Below, piece after piece: positions 62,331-64,000 of a DNA stretch of 64,000 nucleotides; position 1 is the first letter of the stretch; each line of letters opens with the position of its first letter. The stretch comes from Azolla caroliniana. Taxonomy: Eukaryota; Plantae; Polypodiophyta. The notes below the pieces were generated by a model. The model searched no databases, was not told the DNA's origin, and saw only the letters and a list, made by a program, of their open reading frames with translations. The translations under genes and the position numbers were made by a program. The stretch is from NCBI GenBank assembly GCA_043228905.1, contig JBHGNT010000011.1, forward strand, positions 2,666,001-2,730,000, written 5' to 3'.

Positions 62331-64000
62331 TCATGTCTTATTCTATTTCTATTAATTATTTTCCGTAGTCATATTTATTTAGGTTTGTTGTTCTCAAAGT
62401 GTAGACAACATTTTAAGATGTTATATCTTATTTGGTCTCATAGGCCATTCTGGCCTCTTAAAAGATGTTACTATATCCTTCTTTCTTTCTCTCTCTGTCT
62501 CTCCGTATCTCTTTCTATTTTCTCTATTTATCATTTATCATTTTACTATTATTGCTCTTCCCCTTACAAATTGAAGAAAGTCAATCCTCATGGGAATGGA
62601 ACCCAATCATCCCCAGATGATGCTCTGTCATCCATAGATGAACCGACCATCTTTGATGAAGCAGGAGAAGGCAACCTCCAAGGAAAAAGTGACCATAATA
62701 ATGGAAAATTAGCTACAATATTGGGCCCCGCACAAGCTGAAGCTGAATATATCATCAACATATAGTTTAGCATATCAATTTTCTGATAATAAAGTATATT
62801 ATGGAGAAGGAGACTTTGAAACAACACCTGTTGTTCAATGATATGCTATGCATGCGTATGTATCCTGTGTGTCTTGTGACATCTCAATGTTATCAAAGCA
62901 TGGTTGGAGATGCTGTTTTTAATCCAAATTTGATCGTCTTATAAGTTGTAAGAATTCGTTATATCTGTGTAAATGGGTGGTATTGAGTAAATGTAACAAT
63001 GTCTAATTGTAACTTTTTAAGTAATCCGATGGAATATCACAGAAGCAATCAATCAACCAATGATTCCATAACAGAAGTACATTTAAGGGATTCTCTTAGT
63101 CCAAAAAAGTATAGATATTGAGTCTATAAATAAGTTTCCTATGCTGCTCGATGCACCTTATTTGCCACTCTAGTAGATATTGCTTCATCGTCCACTGCTA
63201 CTATGGCAGAATGCTTTACACACCCTTTCATGCCATTGTGTGTGCGGCCAAGCTCCCTTTATGGCAGAATTGCCTCAGATTTGGGCCGCTGCCATAGCAG
63301 TAGTCTGCTTCAATTTTAGCTGCTTTCCGTTAGGATTCATATGCTGACAATAGTATAATTACAAGTTGGCCCTATAGGATTCATATGCATGGTGTCTAAT
63401 AAGAACAATGCTTATGGCTAAGAGCCAGGGTTAGGTGTTGCCAACTTTGATGGTGTTATGCAATGTTGAGTACTCTACGATCGGGAAGCATCTTCGGATG
63501 AACTGTAAGTATTTAGGAAAACTATATATATGATACCTATATTGTGATTACTAGTACTAAGTGTGATCCCAACATATTTATTGAAATATCTAGAAGCAGA
63601 CGGATTAAGATTTTGATAAGACGAGGAACGGTGTGGACAAACAAGCACGCATAATGCACACCTTCCTCTCTAGCCCTTCAACTTGGAGAAATAGTTATCC
63701 ATACAGCAATTCTATAATCCATGCAATTCATGGACAATGGCCTCCAAGAATGTGGATCAGAGATGCAAAAATGGTAGATTTTTGCAGAATGGCTTGACGA
63801 GTTTCATAATTTCAGTTTCTACCTGACTTTGTGGAAAATATTTGTTGGCATATCCCTTGTGTACTAGTTTCGATGATCATTCCTATGAGAACTAAAATCT
63901 TTCTGATTTCTCATTGATAGAAATTGAAACTTATTTTTAAATCTTTGACAAAATGTTTTATGCCATGTTGTAACCTAAGGAAATAGAAGAGGTTGCAAGC

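Overview
Land-plant nuclear DNA, possibly from a non-seed plant such as a fern (weak inference from gene and TE style). About half of the window is nested, decayed LTR retrotransposons (Ty1/copia and Ty3/gypsy) plus LINE remnants. Four host genes are supported: a 2-exon PWWP-domain chromatin protein (+, 16519-21709), a 16-exon cytosolic enolase (+, 32878-36829), a 7-exon RRM+SPOC Spen/FPA-like protein (-, 38798-48953), and the first coding exon of an N6AMT2/EEF1AKMT1-like methyltransferase (+, from 56000, running out of the window). The most unusual signal is in 4.5-12 kb. There, a gypsy-type LTR family (TGTCGTGAAGA...ACA termini, shared U5 motif, tRNA-Trp primer site) has six readable flanks that are all NCGN, including a perfect 4-bp TCGT target-site duplication, suggesting CpG-directed integration. 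Also noted are a copia/gypsy fused LTR, three tRNA-derived segments and an intronic multi-branch hairpin. All coordinates were read by eye and no database search was run.
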